A stretch of 62,666 nucleotides of DNA, counting the filler, from Vannella sp. (lineage: Eukaryota), in the NCBI GenBank assembly GCA_023345925.1. It is 7 parts of 7 records of this genome, joined end to end, with 100 filler letters (N's around TTAATTAATTAA, not from the genome) between each part and the next. Parts side by side here need not be neighbours in the genome. Positions count along the whole stretch, not along the records: positions 1 to 7,185 come from JAJQQN010000657.1; positions 7,286 to 18,262 come from JAJQQN010000510.1; 5 more parts are not named here. The stretch is one strand, 5' to 3'. The notes beneath the pieces are model-generated. The model was not told where the DNA came from. It worked only from the letters and a program-made list of their open reading frames with translations, and ran no database searches. The translations under genes and the position numbers were made by a program. Position 1 is the stretch's first letter; the number at the start of each line of letters is the position of its first letter. This document shows, one piece after another, positions 1-11,331 of the stretch.

Positions 1-797
1 GAACCCAGATTCCGTTTGAGGGTTCCGGAAACCATTCCAATAATAAGCAACACTACCCACCAATGCGAGCGATGATTTTGTATGTTATTTAGAGAGCCGG
101 CTACTTTTCCATGAAGAATGAGAAGAGAAGCAGGATTCGATCGGGACCTTTACCAATGAACTGATTGATGTGATTTGGATGAGGCACTTTTGGACTCTCT
201 CTTTGCAGAGGCGGACGTGGTTTACTGGGGCGGTGATTCCTCTAAAATGGAGCACCCAAAACTCAACTAATGAAATCAGCCAAAACTCTAGTACCTGGTA
301 TCAATGCAGTCCTCACCGAGAACAGTCACAGCAATGGCATCTCCACTTCGCAGTCTATCTACCACCAATCTGTCGGGTCGAATAAAGGTTGTTTAATCTG
401 TCTCTGGTGGTAGCTCACCAGGTCACTCGAATGTTGGCGAGCATTAGTATCCTCTGTGACTAATCACCACGCACAGTGGAAAACCGTCCGAACCAATCGC
501 ATACTCTCTCGAGCTATTTTTGGTAGTCATTCTCAAGAACTGGGAGTTCCATTTTCCTACCATGATCTCGATCTGCTAATCGATTCGAAGAACAAAACCG
601 GTTAGTCCATTTCTTCAAATGCACTATCGAACCTTGCCAAGAGAATGTGCTATCAGCTAAGATTTTCGCAATTCATTTTGAATCAAAAGGCGGCCAACAC
701 CGAGCAAAAGACCATTTTTGGAAAGTGTGTTTTCTGATTCTCCTTTTGTGGATTTTTGGGAGTCTTTGCTTTTCATTCCGTATCACCCACCAACAGG

Positions 798-1058
798 ATG
801 GCAACACTGCGAAGTTCCACACAAAGTCAACTCCCTTCCTCAATAACAACCAAGCCAGGGGTCTGCGAACCTACACCAGCAGTCGTACGCTTCTTCGAAG
901 ACTATTTCTGCCGTTACCCGCTCTCTCGCGCTGAACTTCTGGAACTCAGGCGACAGAAGAAGCTCGAACTCGTAGCACGTAGACGTACTCAATCTGCAAT
1001 CAACGCAACAAGATCCCGCGCCTTGGAGGTCGTAAGGACCCGCTCTGAAGAAGTCTAA
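798..1058 (+). CDS. Small hypothetical protein (86 aa)
   Basis: ATG-initiated ORF with a basic, helical C-terminus; no recognisable motif. Confidence 0.25.
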   Translation: MATLRSSTQSQLPSSITTKPGVCEPTPAVVRFFEDYFCRYPLSRAELLELRRQKKLELVARRRTQSAINATRSRALEVVRTRSEEV

Positions 1059-1196
1059 CTTCGCATCCCCTCCTCAGCCTCTTGCTTGGAGCACCTGACT
1101 GTCCTATTCTGTTCTATTCTATTTAAAAGGTGTTACATTCAACAGTTGTCCTCCCAATCGTCTCCAAAGGCCTCGAATCGTCAACCCTTCGGAAGT

Positions 1197-1934
1197 TTAG
1201 TCTGTTGGCCTGTCACGAACGAAAGGCATGAGAAAGTCCACGAGAGGTTGCAGGGCAAGACGGTAGATGAAAAGGTCGTTGGTTTGGTTGAGGAACTGGT
1301 ACTCAAAGTTCTCGAAGCTGGCTTCGTCCAGCTCCCGTTCGGAAGGATGGTTGTCCACTTGTTCGTGATACCGCCAGCCTCGCTCGCGGCGTGCAGCGTC
1401 ATTCGAGTGAATACGGATGACAACAGCTTCCGTTTGGAAGGAAGGATGGTCATTGGAGCGGCTCTTCTCCAGGAAAAAGTTCACTTCGTTCATGAAGCGA
1501 ATGTCAGGGATGAAACAGACGCCCTTGAGCGCCTTTGACTGCTCAAAGTCCTCTGCAATCTTCTGGTAGCATAGCTTAACCCATACCAAAGGATCTATCT
1601 CCCTTCCTAAGCTAGCAACGTCGATAATGCCTGTCCGATGGAGTTCTTTGTAGGCGTCGTCCTCCAGCACCTTCTTGAGGTCTGCACCACTCTCCTCACA
1701 GTAGATTACTTTTGGGAAGTGTCCAATCGACTGCTTACACGTCCAGGGAGGGTTATAAGGCGTCTTGATCGCCTCCAGCATCAAATCGCATCCTTTGTCC
1801 TTCCCCGCTCTCCTCTTTCCTGAGAAGGCGACAATCTTCAGCTTGCGCTCTCTCTCTGCACAATATCCTCGTCCTCCTTGCCAGAGAACTGCTCGCAACA
1901 CCGTCTGATGAGCATTTCCCCTTCCCTTGAGCAT
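1197..1934 (-). CDS. PMVK: Phosphomevalonate kinase, animal-type (NMP-kinase fold)
   Basis: P-loop FSGKRRAGKD, plus DDAYKELHR, IPDIRF, RRERGW and VDNHPSERELD, all matching conserved blocks of animal PMVK. Start codon uncertain (1934 or 1964). Confidence 0.85.
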   Translation of the reverse strand: MLKGRGNAHQTVLRAVLWQGGRGYCAERERKLKIVAFSGKRRAGKDKGCDLMLEAIKTPYNPPWTCKQSIGHFPKVIYCEESGADLKKVLEDDAYKELHRTGIIDVASLGREIDPLVWVKLCYQKIAEDFEQSKALKGVCFIPDIRFMNEVNFFLEKSRSNDHPSFQTEAVVIRIHSNDAARRERGWRYHEQVDNHPSERELDEASFENFEYQFLNQTNDLFIYRLALQPLVDFLMPFVRDRPTD

Positions 1935-1950
1935 GGAAGGAAGATAATGG

Positions 1951-1988
1951 CATTTCCCTTTCATTTCCCTTTCATCCCTTTCATTTCA
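1951..1988 (+). promoter_or_regulatory. Tandem CATTTCC(C)-like elements in the short PMVK/MED10 divergent intergenic region
   Basis: catttccctttcatttccctttcatccctttcatttc lies just before the MED10 ATG; the same motif precedes many ATGs in the window. Confidence 0.55.
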
Positions 1989-1992
1989 CCGC

Positions 1993-2618
1993 ATGAGTGG
2001 AGCTGGGGAGTGCAAAGAGGTGGAGAACAGGGTGGAAGGGCTGATTGAGAACCTCAGACAGTTGTCCATCATCGTTTCAGACTTCCAAGAGGACAGCCAA
2101 CCTGCCTTTGAGGAGAAGATGTGGGCTGTTTCCTCATTCCGCGCCATGTGGGGGCTGACTGAGGTGTTGCGGGCTGCAGCAACCAACTAGTTAAGGATAT
2201 GATGGATCTAGAAGCGATTAAGGACAGCTATCAGGTGGAAGTGCCCATGGGAGTCCTTAGGTGAGAATGGCGTTCTGGCATTCCTTCCGCTATGTCTGAC
2301 AGAGCAACGCGGTACGATCTAGCTTTATAGACGAGGGTGGAAACCCAGATCTGTACACGAAACGCTCGCTGGAAGACTGCTATCGTAGTCAACAGAAGAC
2401 AGATGGGAAGAAGCATGCCCTTTATGTAGGCTTTCTCTCTTTGTGAGCCTTCAGCCCTCATCAGGAGACTCATTTCCTACTAGAGCTATCGAGAATCGTT
2501 GAAGGATGCCTTTGGAGGGCTTCCTCTCCCTCCAAGTGATGAGATAATCCACCAGGTGCAGATTCACGCAGAGAACGAGTTCGCAGCTCTCGCACAGCCG
2601 CATCTGATGCCAATGTAG
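1993..2618 (+). CDS. MED10: Mediator subunit 10 (4 exons)
   Basis: Manual splicing gives LIENLRQLSIIVSDFQ...VEVPMGVLSFIDEGGNPDLYTKRSLEDC...DGKK, the Med10/Nut2 signature. Confidence 0.85.
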
Positions 2619-2703
2619 ATCTACTTGACTTCAATACATCGATGTAATCATCAAACCCACTCAACAGAGGCTGCGAGGCATCATTTCCTGGCTTCCCTTC
2701 GCC

Positions 2704-4124
2704 ATGGGCAACCAGCAAGGCATTCCCGAAGACATTGCGGATCGCTGTGAGTGATACAAGCGCTGTATTACAGAGTGCTGTATTGACTTGGGTGCTAGTT
2801 GCTACTTGCGAGCTGCAAGCGCTACAGGAGCACTTCCAGAAGCTGTCAGAGATGACCAGCTTCCGCCGCAAGTACTTTGACAAGAAGTCCTTTCAGAAGA
2901 CCTTCTTCGTGGTAGGTAGAGGAGTATCTGAGGGTAGTGTAGTGCTGACAGAAGGCCCTTCAGACCTATCCCTCCATCACAGAGCTCTTCTTCAATGCTT
3001 TTGATGGGAAAGGGAACGGGCGGGTGGAGTTTGAGGACTTTGTACGCGGCCTGCTCCTCGTGCGTGGAACACTAGACGAGCAAGTATTCTGTAGGTACCT
3101 GTTGCAGACACTCAGCGTGAGGGCTGACGTGGGGACAGTCATGTTCAAGATGTTCCGCCTAAAAAGGGGCACATCTGTCACTCTGGAGGAGTTCCGGCGC
3201 GTCACTTCATCAGGGATCTTTGCAGGAAAGAGGGAAACCAAAGAGGAGAAGAAGCAGCGGGTGGCAGAGCTCTCCGCAGAGATCTTCGAAGAGTTCGATG
3301 TGGACATGGACAGAGCCCTCGATCGGAGGGAGTTCTCCAACTGGGCGAAGCAGTCTCTTGAAGCTACCATTCTCTTGGATCTCTTCAAGAAGCTAGATAG
3401 CGTTGTCACCACCTCTGAAGGAGGAAAGATCAGCGGACCCACCAATGTCTCTCACGAGACACACGTGGGCCTTACAGACGGCGGTGGCTTTGCCATTGAC
3501 AACATCCCGCCCAGTTGGTTGTCTCTCTTCATCGACGCAGGAGTGACAGAGGCCGAGCTGAGGGACCCCAGTACTGCCATGATGCTCATGGGGATCGTCG
3601 CGGACAAGGTTTCCGGGACCTCTACCCGTCCAAAGGCTTCACTCTTGCCTTCTCCCTCCCCTACAGCATTCGTTGCATCCGCTCCTTCTCCTGCATTCAC
3701 CCCTTCTCCAGTATCCGCTCCTCCTGTCTCTCAGACTGTCCCTGCCAAAGCTCCTGCACAGCAGGTGGCCGCTAACAACTCACCTCCACGGGCACCTCCC
3801 ATGGCACCTCCCATCGCCATAGGAGTCAAGCCCCCAGTCTCGGTGACAGGGCCGCCTCCTCCGGCACCTCGCCTCAGCGAGGCTCCCTTCCAAGTGCCAG
3901 GGCCAGTGGCCCCAAGTAGTACCTCTGCACTTCTAGAACAGATTCAGAAGGGAAAGGAGCTGAAGAAGGCGGCCGTGGATGACCCCAGCCTCGATCTGAC
4001 CGAAATGACAAATGACGACAAGAACGACCTGACAGACGTTCTCATGCGTGCTATTAATGAGCATCGTAAGAATCTGAAGATAGACGCCGAGGACGAAGAG
4101 GAGGAAGGCTTCTGGGACGATTAA
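2704..4124 (+). CDS. EF-hand (NCS/calcineurin-B-like) + CRIB + proline-rich + WH2-C-A WASP-family protein; 3 introns
   Basis: MGNQQG N-terminus; EF loops DGKGNGRVEFEDF and DVDMDRALDRREF; CRIB ISGPTNVSHETHVG; GBD tail IPPSWLSLFIDAGVTEAEL; WH2 ALLEQIQKGKELKK; C helix LTDVLMRAI; acidic end EDEEEEGFWDD. Confidence 0.85.
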
Positions 4125-4206
4125 GAACACTTTCTGTGAGAAGTGTATTACTCCATTCGCTCGTCCCCGACCAGAACAGAAGAGGCTCAAGTTAAACGTC
4201 CTTCTC

Positions 4207-5728
<1,522 letters not shown>

Positions 5729-6277
5729 TCCAAACCAAAATGATCGTTTTCTTCGCTTCTCTTTCCCCTGAGATGACTTTGGTGACCATTTATGGCCGAC
5801 TGAACCCTGTGACCACTGAGAACCATTCCATTGGGCGAATGGGAGTCAACGAACCGATCAACAAGGAAGGAAGGGAAGCTGGTCACCTAAAGAGTGAGTC
5901 AAAGAGACTTTCTCCAACGTCGAGACTCGTTGGAGAGGGCTTGAAGGGACTAATGGCAGTGGAATCTGGTGATGCAGTTGGGCCAACACACCTCACTCCC
6001 GTACATCCCCTTTCCATCAGACAGATTCTCTTTAATTGGCCATTCCCAGAAGAAGGCGAGTTCCCACTGCAAGGCAAAGCGATCTTGCAAACTGCCAATG
6101 AGAAAGAGTGAATCAGAAGCTTCCTTTGTCTGACTTCCTTCACAGTGGCACTCCCATCTGAAGGTATGTGGAAACCTAATCTTCTGAAAACGCTCCTTGT
6201 CGTCGTGCTTCTTCGATTCGTTTGTTCTGATCATCTTTAGAGTGCTCAAAAAGTCCCGGAAGTATTGGTTCTCAAGG

Positions 6278-7185
6278 TTATGGGCTCAGCTGGGAGACAT
6301 CGGAAGAGAAAGTGGATCCAGTGTTCACAAGAAGTTCGAAGGAGGAGTCCAGTGAGTCGTGGTTCAAAAGATCCTGAGGATAGTCCAGGACAAGTTCTTC
6401 CAGATCACTGATTGGCATGTTGGGGTCATTTTCAGGTGAGAACTCAGTAGCAAGGCGGCGGAGGCGCATCACAATCTCTGGGAATGAGGGCCGAATGTGA
6501 GGGTCCGCGCTCCAGCATTCCTCAATCAAGTGTTGCAGGATGGGATGAAGGCCTTCAATAACTGGCCGGCAGCCATTCTCAAGGATTTGGTACATCAATT
6601 GGGCTTGATTCATCTTGTCAAAGGGCGGCTGAGAGTATGGCAGGTTGCCAGTGAAGATCTCCATCAGAACAATGCCAAAGGAGTAGACATCAGCCTTCTC
6701 AGAATACTTGTTCTTGGAGAGCACTTCGGGTGCCATGTACACGGGTGTGCCAATGCAAGTCATCTCCCGTGTGATGGTGGGTCTAACAGTCGAGATGCCA
6801 AAGTCAGCCACTTTGCAAGTCCAAAGAGAGTTGACGAGAAGGTTGTGGGACTTGAGATCTCGGTGAATCAGCTTCTTAGAATGCAAGTGGGCTCTACACA
6901 ATGAGATCTCCGTGATGAAACGCGAGGATGAAACACTCACATGCCTTTGGCTGCATCTTTTGCAATCTTGAGGCGGAGTGAAGGAGGAAGGTTTTTCCCC
7001 TTCTTATTCAAAAGATCCCTCAAGCTCCCATATTTCATCAACTCCTGTGCATTAAATAGCATTGGTAAATGAGAGCATCCAAAAAAGGAAGGGAAACACG
7101 TACAGTTACCAAATAGAGTTTTGATTGATCAGGAGAGATTAAAATTCCTAAAAATCGGACCACATTCTCATGAACAAGAGCACTG
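6278..7185 (-). CDS. TKL-group protein kinase, C-terminal part (truncated by contig end)
   Basis: IHRDLKSHNLLV, KVADFG, GTPVYMAPEV, DVYSFG, CWSADPHIRPSF. Confidence 0.9.
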
Positions 7186-7285
7186 NNNNNNNNNNNNNNN
7201 NNNNNNNNNNNNNNNNNNNNNNNNNNNNNTTAATTAATTAANNNNNNNNNNNNNNNNNNNNNNNNNNNNNNNNNNNNNNNNNNNN
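7186..7285. other. Artificial contig-join spacer
   Basis: 44 N + TTAATTAATTAA (stops in all six frames) + 44 N. Confidence 0.98.
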
Positions 7286-7567
7286 ATCGAGGAGGATGCT
7301 CCGAGTGCGGACTTTGTGCTGAAATGGAAGGAACTGAAGTACAAGTACATTCTCCAGCGCTTCCCCAATGTCCCTGAACGGCTCCAGTTTGCCTCTCTGT
7401 GCTATCAACTTCACCACAACTCGCCTCATCACCTCCACTTTGAGCTCTGGGAGCTCTTCCTGGAGGAGTTCTGCCGCTTAAAGGCCAATGCCGCAAGCCT
7501 CCGTTGCGATCCCGCGTCCCTGGGTGCCGTTGTGGCCGAGGAGTTCCATGATATCGTGTACCTTTAG
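7286..7567 (+). CDS. 3' end of a hypothetical protein (truncated by contig start)
   Basis: Open frame from the contig edge to a TAG with coding-like composition. Confidence 0.4.
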   Translation: MEEDAPSADFVLKWKELKYKYILQRFPNVPERLQFASLCYQLHHNSPHHLHFELWELFLEEFCRLKANAASLRCDPASLGAVVAEEFHDIVYL

Positions 7568-7640
7568 ATGTCTGGTATAAACACTGTTCCCCTCGCCCCT
7601 TGTGGGGCCGTGGGAGCTTGAGGTGGAACGATCCGGGCGA

Positions 7641-8088
7641 TCAGACCACTTGGTCGTAGTACTTCTCCTTGAACTCTTTGGGGTAGGCGATATGGTCCAT
7701 ATCCATATCCTTTCGGTTGAAGAGGGGCCAGTGAGCTATTGTCTGCTCTCGGGGAACGTAGCGCCAGTCGCGCTTGGTAGTGCAGCGGACCTGTCTCTCC
7801 TTCTCCTCAGACTTGCCCTGGTAGGTGTAGATACCATACGCAATACCTCCACGGGTCCTTGGGTTCTAACCTCCCTTGTTAGTAGCGAAGCAACGTCACC
7901 AAACAAAGGAGCCAACTCCTCACGTTGCTAGTCGGGATCACGCGCGTAATAGTCCAATAAGTCTCCGGCTTATTCCACCAGATACGTCGAATGAAGCGCG
8001 TCCCCACACCCAGGTCGTTAAAGAGGAATGAGAGGTCCCAGAAGTTCTTCTTCTTAAGCCGCTTTGCAACCTCCTTCACAGCGCTCAT
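7641..8088 (-). CDS. MRPS34: Mitochondrial ribosomal protein mS34 (2 exons)
   Basis: Spliced product KNFWDL..LFNDLGVGTRFIRRIW..PETYWTITRVIP...GIAYGIYTYQG...KRDWRYVP matches the mS34 pattern. Confidence 0.7.
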
Positions 8089-8174
8089 AGCAAATGGCCC
8101 AATCAAAATGGGTCCCCGAATGAGAGAAAATGAGAAGGAACTGCAATAATATCATCATTATCCTTTGTCTGGCA

Positions 8175-11100
8175 TTACTTGCGGAGGTCAACGAAATGGA
8201 GGAGTTTTTGCGATCTTTGGGAGCGCTGGAAGGAAGAGATCGAGCTTTTCAAGTGTGCAAAGAATGAAAAGCTCTTTTGGTACTCAGGGAAGAGAAGGGG
8301 ACGGAGATGAGCGTCCATTTGGAGGGAGAGATTGGTTTGGAGGGAGAAATCGGTCTGTTGGCCCTCTTGGAACACCAAAAGGTGCATTTGTTGATGGGAA
8401 GGATTCGAAGGACAAAGAGAGAATTGGAACTGACAGAAAGTGTCCGCCGGAATCCCGACCGGAACGAGAATGTTGTGGACAAGGTCCGAGTGGTGAAGCC
8501 AGTGGGAGAAGCAGAGGTGATTGATGCCTTGGCTGTCTTCTTGTCTACCATTAACGTGAAACAGGAGACCATCGCAGCTACCTGTGGGCCATCTTGCCAG
8601 GTCCCCTGTGTTGTAACGGAGCATAACAGGAACACGAAGGAAGTTAGAGACAATCAACTGGCCCTCACTAGCGGGCTGCCCGTTGTCGTCAACCACCTCT
8701 AAGTGGATAGCATTCTCAACAGCTTCGTATAGATTTTCACTCCCCTGAGCTTGAAGAAGACCAGCACGAGTCCACGAGGAATCCGAATGAAAGGCAAATA
8801 CCCCACATTGAGCGGAGCCGTAAAGGCCAATGAACTCCATAGAAGGGTGACAAAGCCGCCTTAGTGTTTGCCTTGCTGAGATAGTCAATGGCTCCCCACC
8901 AAAGATAATAAGCCGAATATGGCTAAGAGAGATGCCCTCCGCCTCTGCCAACGAACAGACACTAACAACTTTGCTACTAAATGCTGCAATGGCATTCAGA
9001 CCGAACTCAGAAGACTGCCGAAGAAGCCTCAAAACGTCTTCATCGCTGGTGTGCCCAACCGGCAAGTTCGTCGCGCTGCAATTCTCGAGAATCTCCCGAA
9101 CGATCTCTCCACTACGGTAGAGATGCCCAAGGGAGAAGAGGTTAGCGCAGACAATGCTTTCATCCAAAGGGGTGAGTCGCAGAAGAGTGTCACTGAGAAG
9201 CTTCCGCAGTGACTGATTACTGGACAGAGTGGTGCAGACCAGTCCTTGAAAAAGGGTTTCTGGGTTGCCATTGATTGAAGTCTGGCCTGAAGGGCTCCAA
9301 TAAAGTTGCTCCTTTTGAGGATTCCCAGCTCCCAGGAATGTTCTCTGAATCGGATGGGAGGTAAGAAGTGCTCCTTCCGTCCCACTGTTAAAAAGGGCCC
9401 GCTCTAGAAGAAGGGAGCGCCGCTGGGGGAGATTGAATGAGACTCGGAAGCTGCCTTCTCGAGAACAACCCAAACCGACCATTTCATGTGTGGAGTGGAG
9501 GGAACAACAAAGAAGAAAATCATTGGCAGGAAGGAGGCCTCTTTCTAGAAGCTCTTCGAACTCGTCTCCCACCTTTTGACTCCAGTTCGTCCCCCCACAT
9601 AGGTTTCCTCCCAGCAATGAGATCATTTGAAGGAGTTGGGAGTACTGGAGAGTGTTTGATGAAGTTTCCTGAACCCTATTGTAATCTAAAGAGATCATAG
9701 CAAACTCAAATTGAGCCAATCTCTTCCGAATCTGGAATCCCAGAGGGACTCTTTCACTCGAATTGTCCAAATCAGAAGGAGACACTAAGAGGCGACATCC
9801 AGGAACAAGGGAGGGAACTGACAAAGCTGGGAGCATGATGCATCCTCCAGTGCTTAGTGCGACGATGGGGGAACACTTTCCACGAAAAATGCCCGGCCCA
9901 TAGTATCGGCCTGCCAGAGTTAGAGCAGTCCCTACTACAGACATCTGAGCCACTCCGTCGTCCCATTTCACACTTTCAAAGAAGCGTTGGAAGACACCGC
10001 CTTGAAAGTAAGCCGTGTAGTCCTCATCAAGAGCTAAACTGGAGACGGAAATCCCGCTCACAGGGAGATTGGGAGTGTGTTGGGAAGGACAAGATTCTGC
10101 CACTGCATTGAGAAACTGTGTTATGGATGGGAAGTCCTTGGAAAGGAGGATTCCGCGCCCTTTCCCTGAATAAGAAGGTTTGTAAATGATTCCTGTGCCG
10201 CCTCCCACATGGAGCCAAGCGGCTGTAGAGGACAACGGGGAGTCTGTTGCAGAGGTGGGGACCGTAGGGATGATGTGGTTGTTCAAAATGCGTCGGTAAT
10301 TGGATTGGCCACCTCCCACTCTACTGATAAGAGCCTTTTGCAGAGGAGAATGGTATCCAGATAAAATGGATAGAAGCCTCTTATCATGGAGAAGAAGAAT
10401 AACGCGTAAATCATTCAAACATCGACCTTCCACGCCAAGTTCGAGCAATTTCAAAAGAATGTCGTCGGATAAGGCAAACAGTTCATCTTGGTGGAGTTCT
10501 AACACGCATAAAGTGACGACATGCCCAGTTGTAATGTGAACCAGCTCGCCAGACTCGCTGAGAGTCAATTCTTCAGGACGCACTGGAACGACATTCTCAC
10601 CAAAACGTTCGAGCATAAAGGTAATTCCTGAAAGCTTCACGTCCGGCCCAAAGACTACGTGGACCACTTTCTTGTGACTCTCGTTTTCCAGATGGAAGAG
10701 AGCGTTCAGATCATGCAGCAACGCTTCGGTGGCGGCAATGCTCACTATTCCAGAGCCTTCTCGTTCGGTGGCTTCGATCCGGAGGAGCTGATTGGTGATG
10801 CAGGAGAGGTAATAACCATTGACAGTGAACCTGGCGTTGAGTTCACACACCAGAAAGCGCCGCGATCCGTCCAGGACTTCACCTGAGATGGGAACGAGGT
10901 CTGGACGGACGAATCCCAGGCCAGAACGAGGGAAGGGCAGAGATTCTGGTCTTCTGTTTGCAAATTGGAGCAAGAGAGCTTCTATTCTGGGAGGAAGGGC
11001 GAGGACCTGCCGAAAGAGCATCCCCGTAGGAGTGTTTGAGTGCCATTCGTCCACCACAGCCGGAAGCAGCTCCAGCAGCGCCTCACAGACCATCTCAATC

Positions 11101-11204
11101 TGCCCCAACTCCTCTTTTTCAACCACAAAGGGCTCAGAATGGATGTCCGCACTCGCGTAAGCACAAGGACCTCCAGCCAGCCTCTCAATCCGCTGAGACC
11201 GCAT
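8175..11204 (-). CDS. Intronless fusion protein: N-terminal ATP-grasp-like ligase + C-terminal PaaK-like adenylate-forming (ANL) domain
   Basis: N-part: GFVRPDL, VCELNARF, NDLRVILLLHDKRLL, YKPSYSGKGRGI, VFQRF. C-part: IIFGGEPLT, GLYGSAQCG, LIVSNFLRVPVMLRYNTGDLARW. Confidence 0.65.
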   Translation of the reverse strand: MRSQRIERLAGGPCAYASADIHSEPFVVEKEELGQIEMVCEALLELLPAVVDEWHSNTPTGMLFRQVLALPPRIEALLLQFANRRPESLPFPRSGLGFVRPDLVPISGEVLDGSRRFLVCELNARFTVNGYYLSCITNQLLRIEATEREGSGIVSIAATEALLHDLNALFHLENESHKKVVHVVFGPDVKLSGITFMLERFGENVVPVRPEELTLSESGELVHITTGHVVTLCVLELHQDELFALSDDILLKLLELGVEGRCLNDLRVILLLHDKRLLSILSGYHSPLQKALISRVGGGQSNYRRILNNHIIPTVPTSATDSPLSSTAAWLHVGGGTGIIYKPSYSGKGRGILLSKDFPSITQFLNAVAESCPSQHTPNLPVSGISVSSLALDEDYTAYFQGGVFQRFFESVKWDDGVAQMSVVGTALTLAGRYYGPGIFRGKCSPIVALSTGGCIMLPALSVPSLVPGCRLLVSPSDLDNSSERVPLGFQIRKRLAQFEFAMISLDYNRVQETSSNTLQYSQLLQMISLLGGNLCGGTNWSQKVGDEFEELLERGLLPANDFLLCCSLHSTHEMVGLGCSREGSFRVSFNLPQRRSLLLERALFNSGTEGALLTSHPIQRTFLGAGNPQKEQLYWSPSGQTSINGNPETLFQGLVCTTLSSNQSLRKLLSDTLLRLTPLDESIVCANLFSLGHLYRSGEIVREILENCSATNLPVGHTSDEDVLRLLRQSSEFGLNAIAAFSSKVVSVCSLAEAEGISLSHIRLIIFGGEPLTISARQTLRRLCHPSMEFIGLYGSAQCGVFAFHSDSSWTRAGLLQAQGSENLYEAVENAIHLEVVDDNGQPASEGQLIVSNFLRVPVMLRYNTGDLARWPTGSCDGLLFHVNGRQEDSQGINHLCFSHWLHHSDLVHNILVPVGIPADTFCQFQFSLCPSNPSHQQMHLLVFQEGQQTDFSLQTNLSLQMDAHLRPLLFPEYQKSFSFFAHLKSSISSFQRSQRSQKLLHFVDLRK

Positions 11205-11268
11205 TAAATGCCCTTAACATATCAATGCGACAGAAGATGATGCATGTGCAGTTCCCCTCGCTTGGGCG

Positions 11269-11316
11269 CATTTCCCTTCCATAATGGCGCATTTCCCCTC
11301 TTGAGGTTCATTTCCC
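11269..11316 (+). promoter_or_regulatory. Three CATTTCCC elements in the divergent promoter before CSN3
   Basis: CATTTCCC at about 11269, 11290 and 11309; ATG at 11332. Confidence 0.55.
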
Positions 11317-11331
11317 CTCCGCCTTGGGAGG

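Noticed and set aside
5740..6249. Short ORFs between MetAP2 and the kinase
   Set aside because: No recognisable motifs and no consistent strand or splice signals
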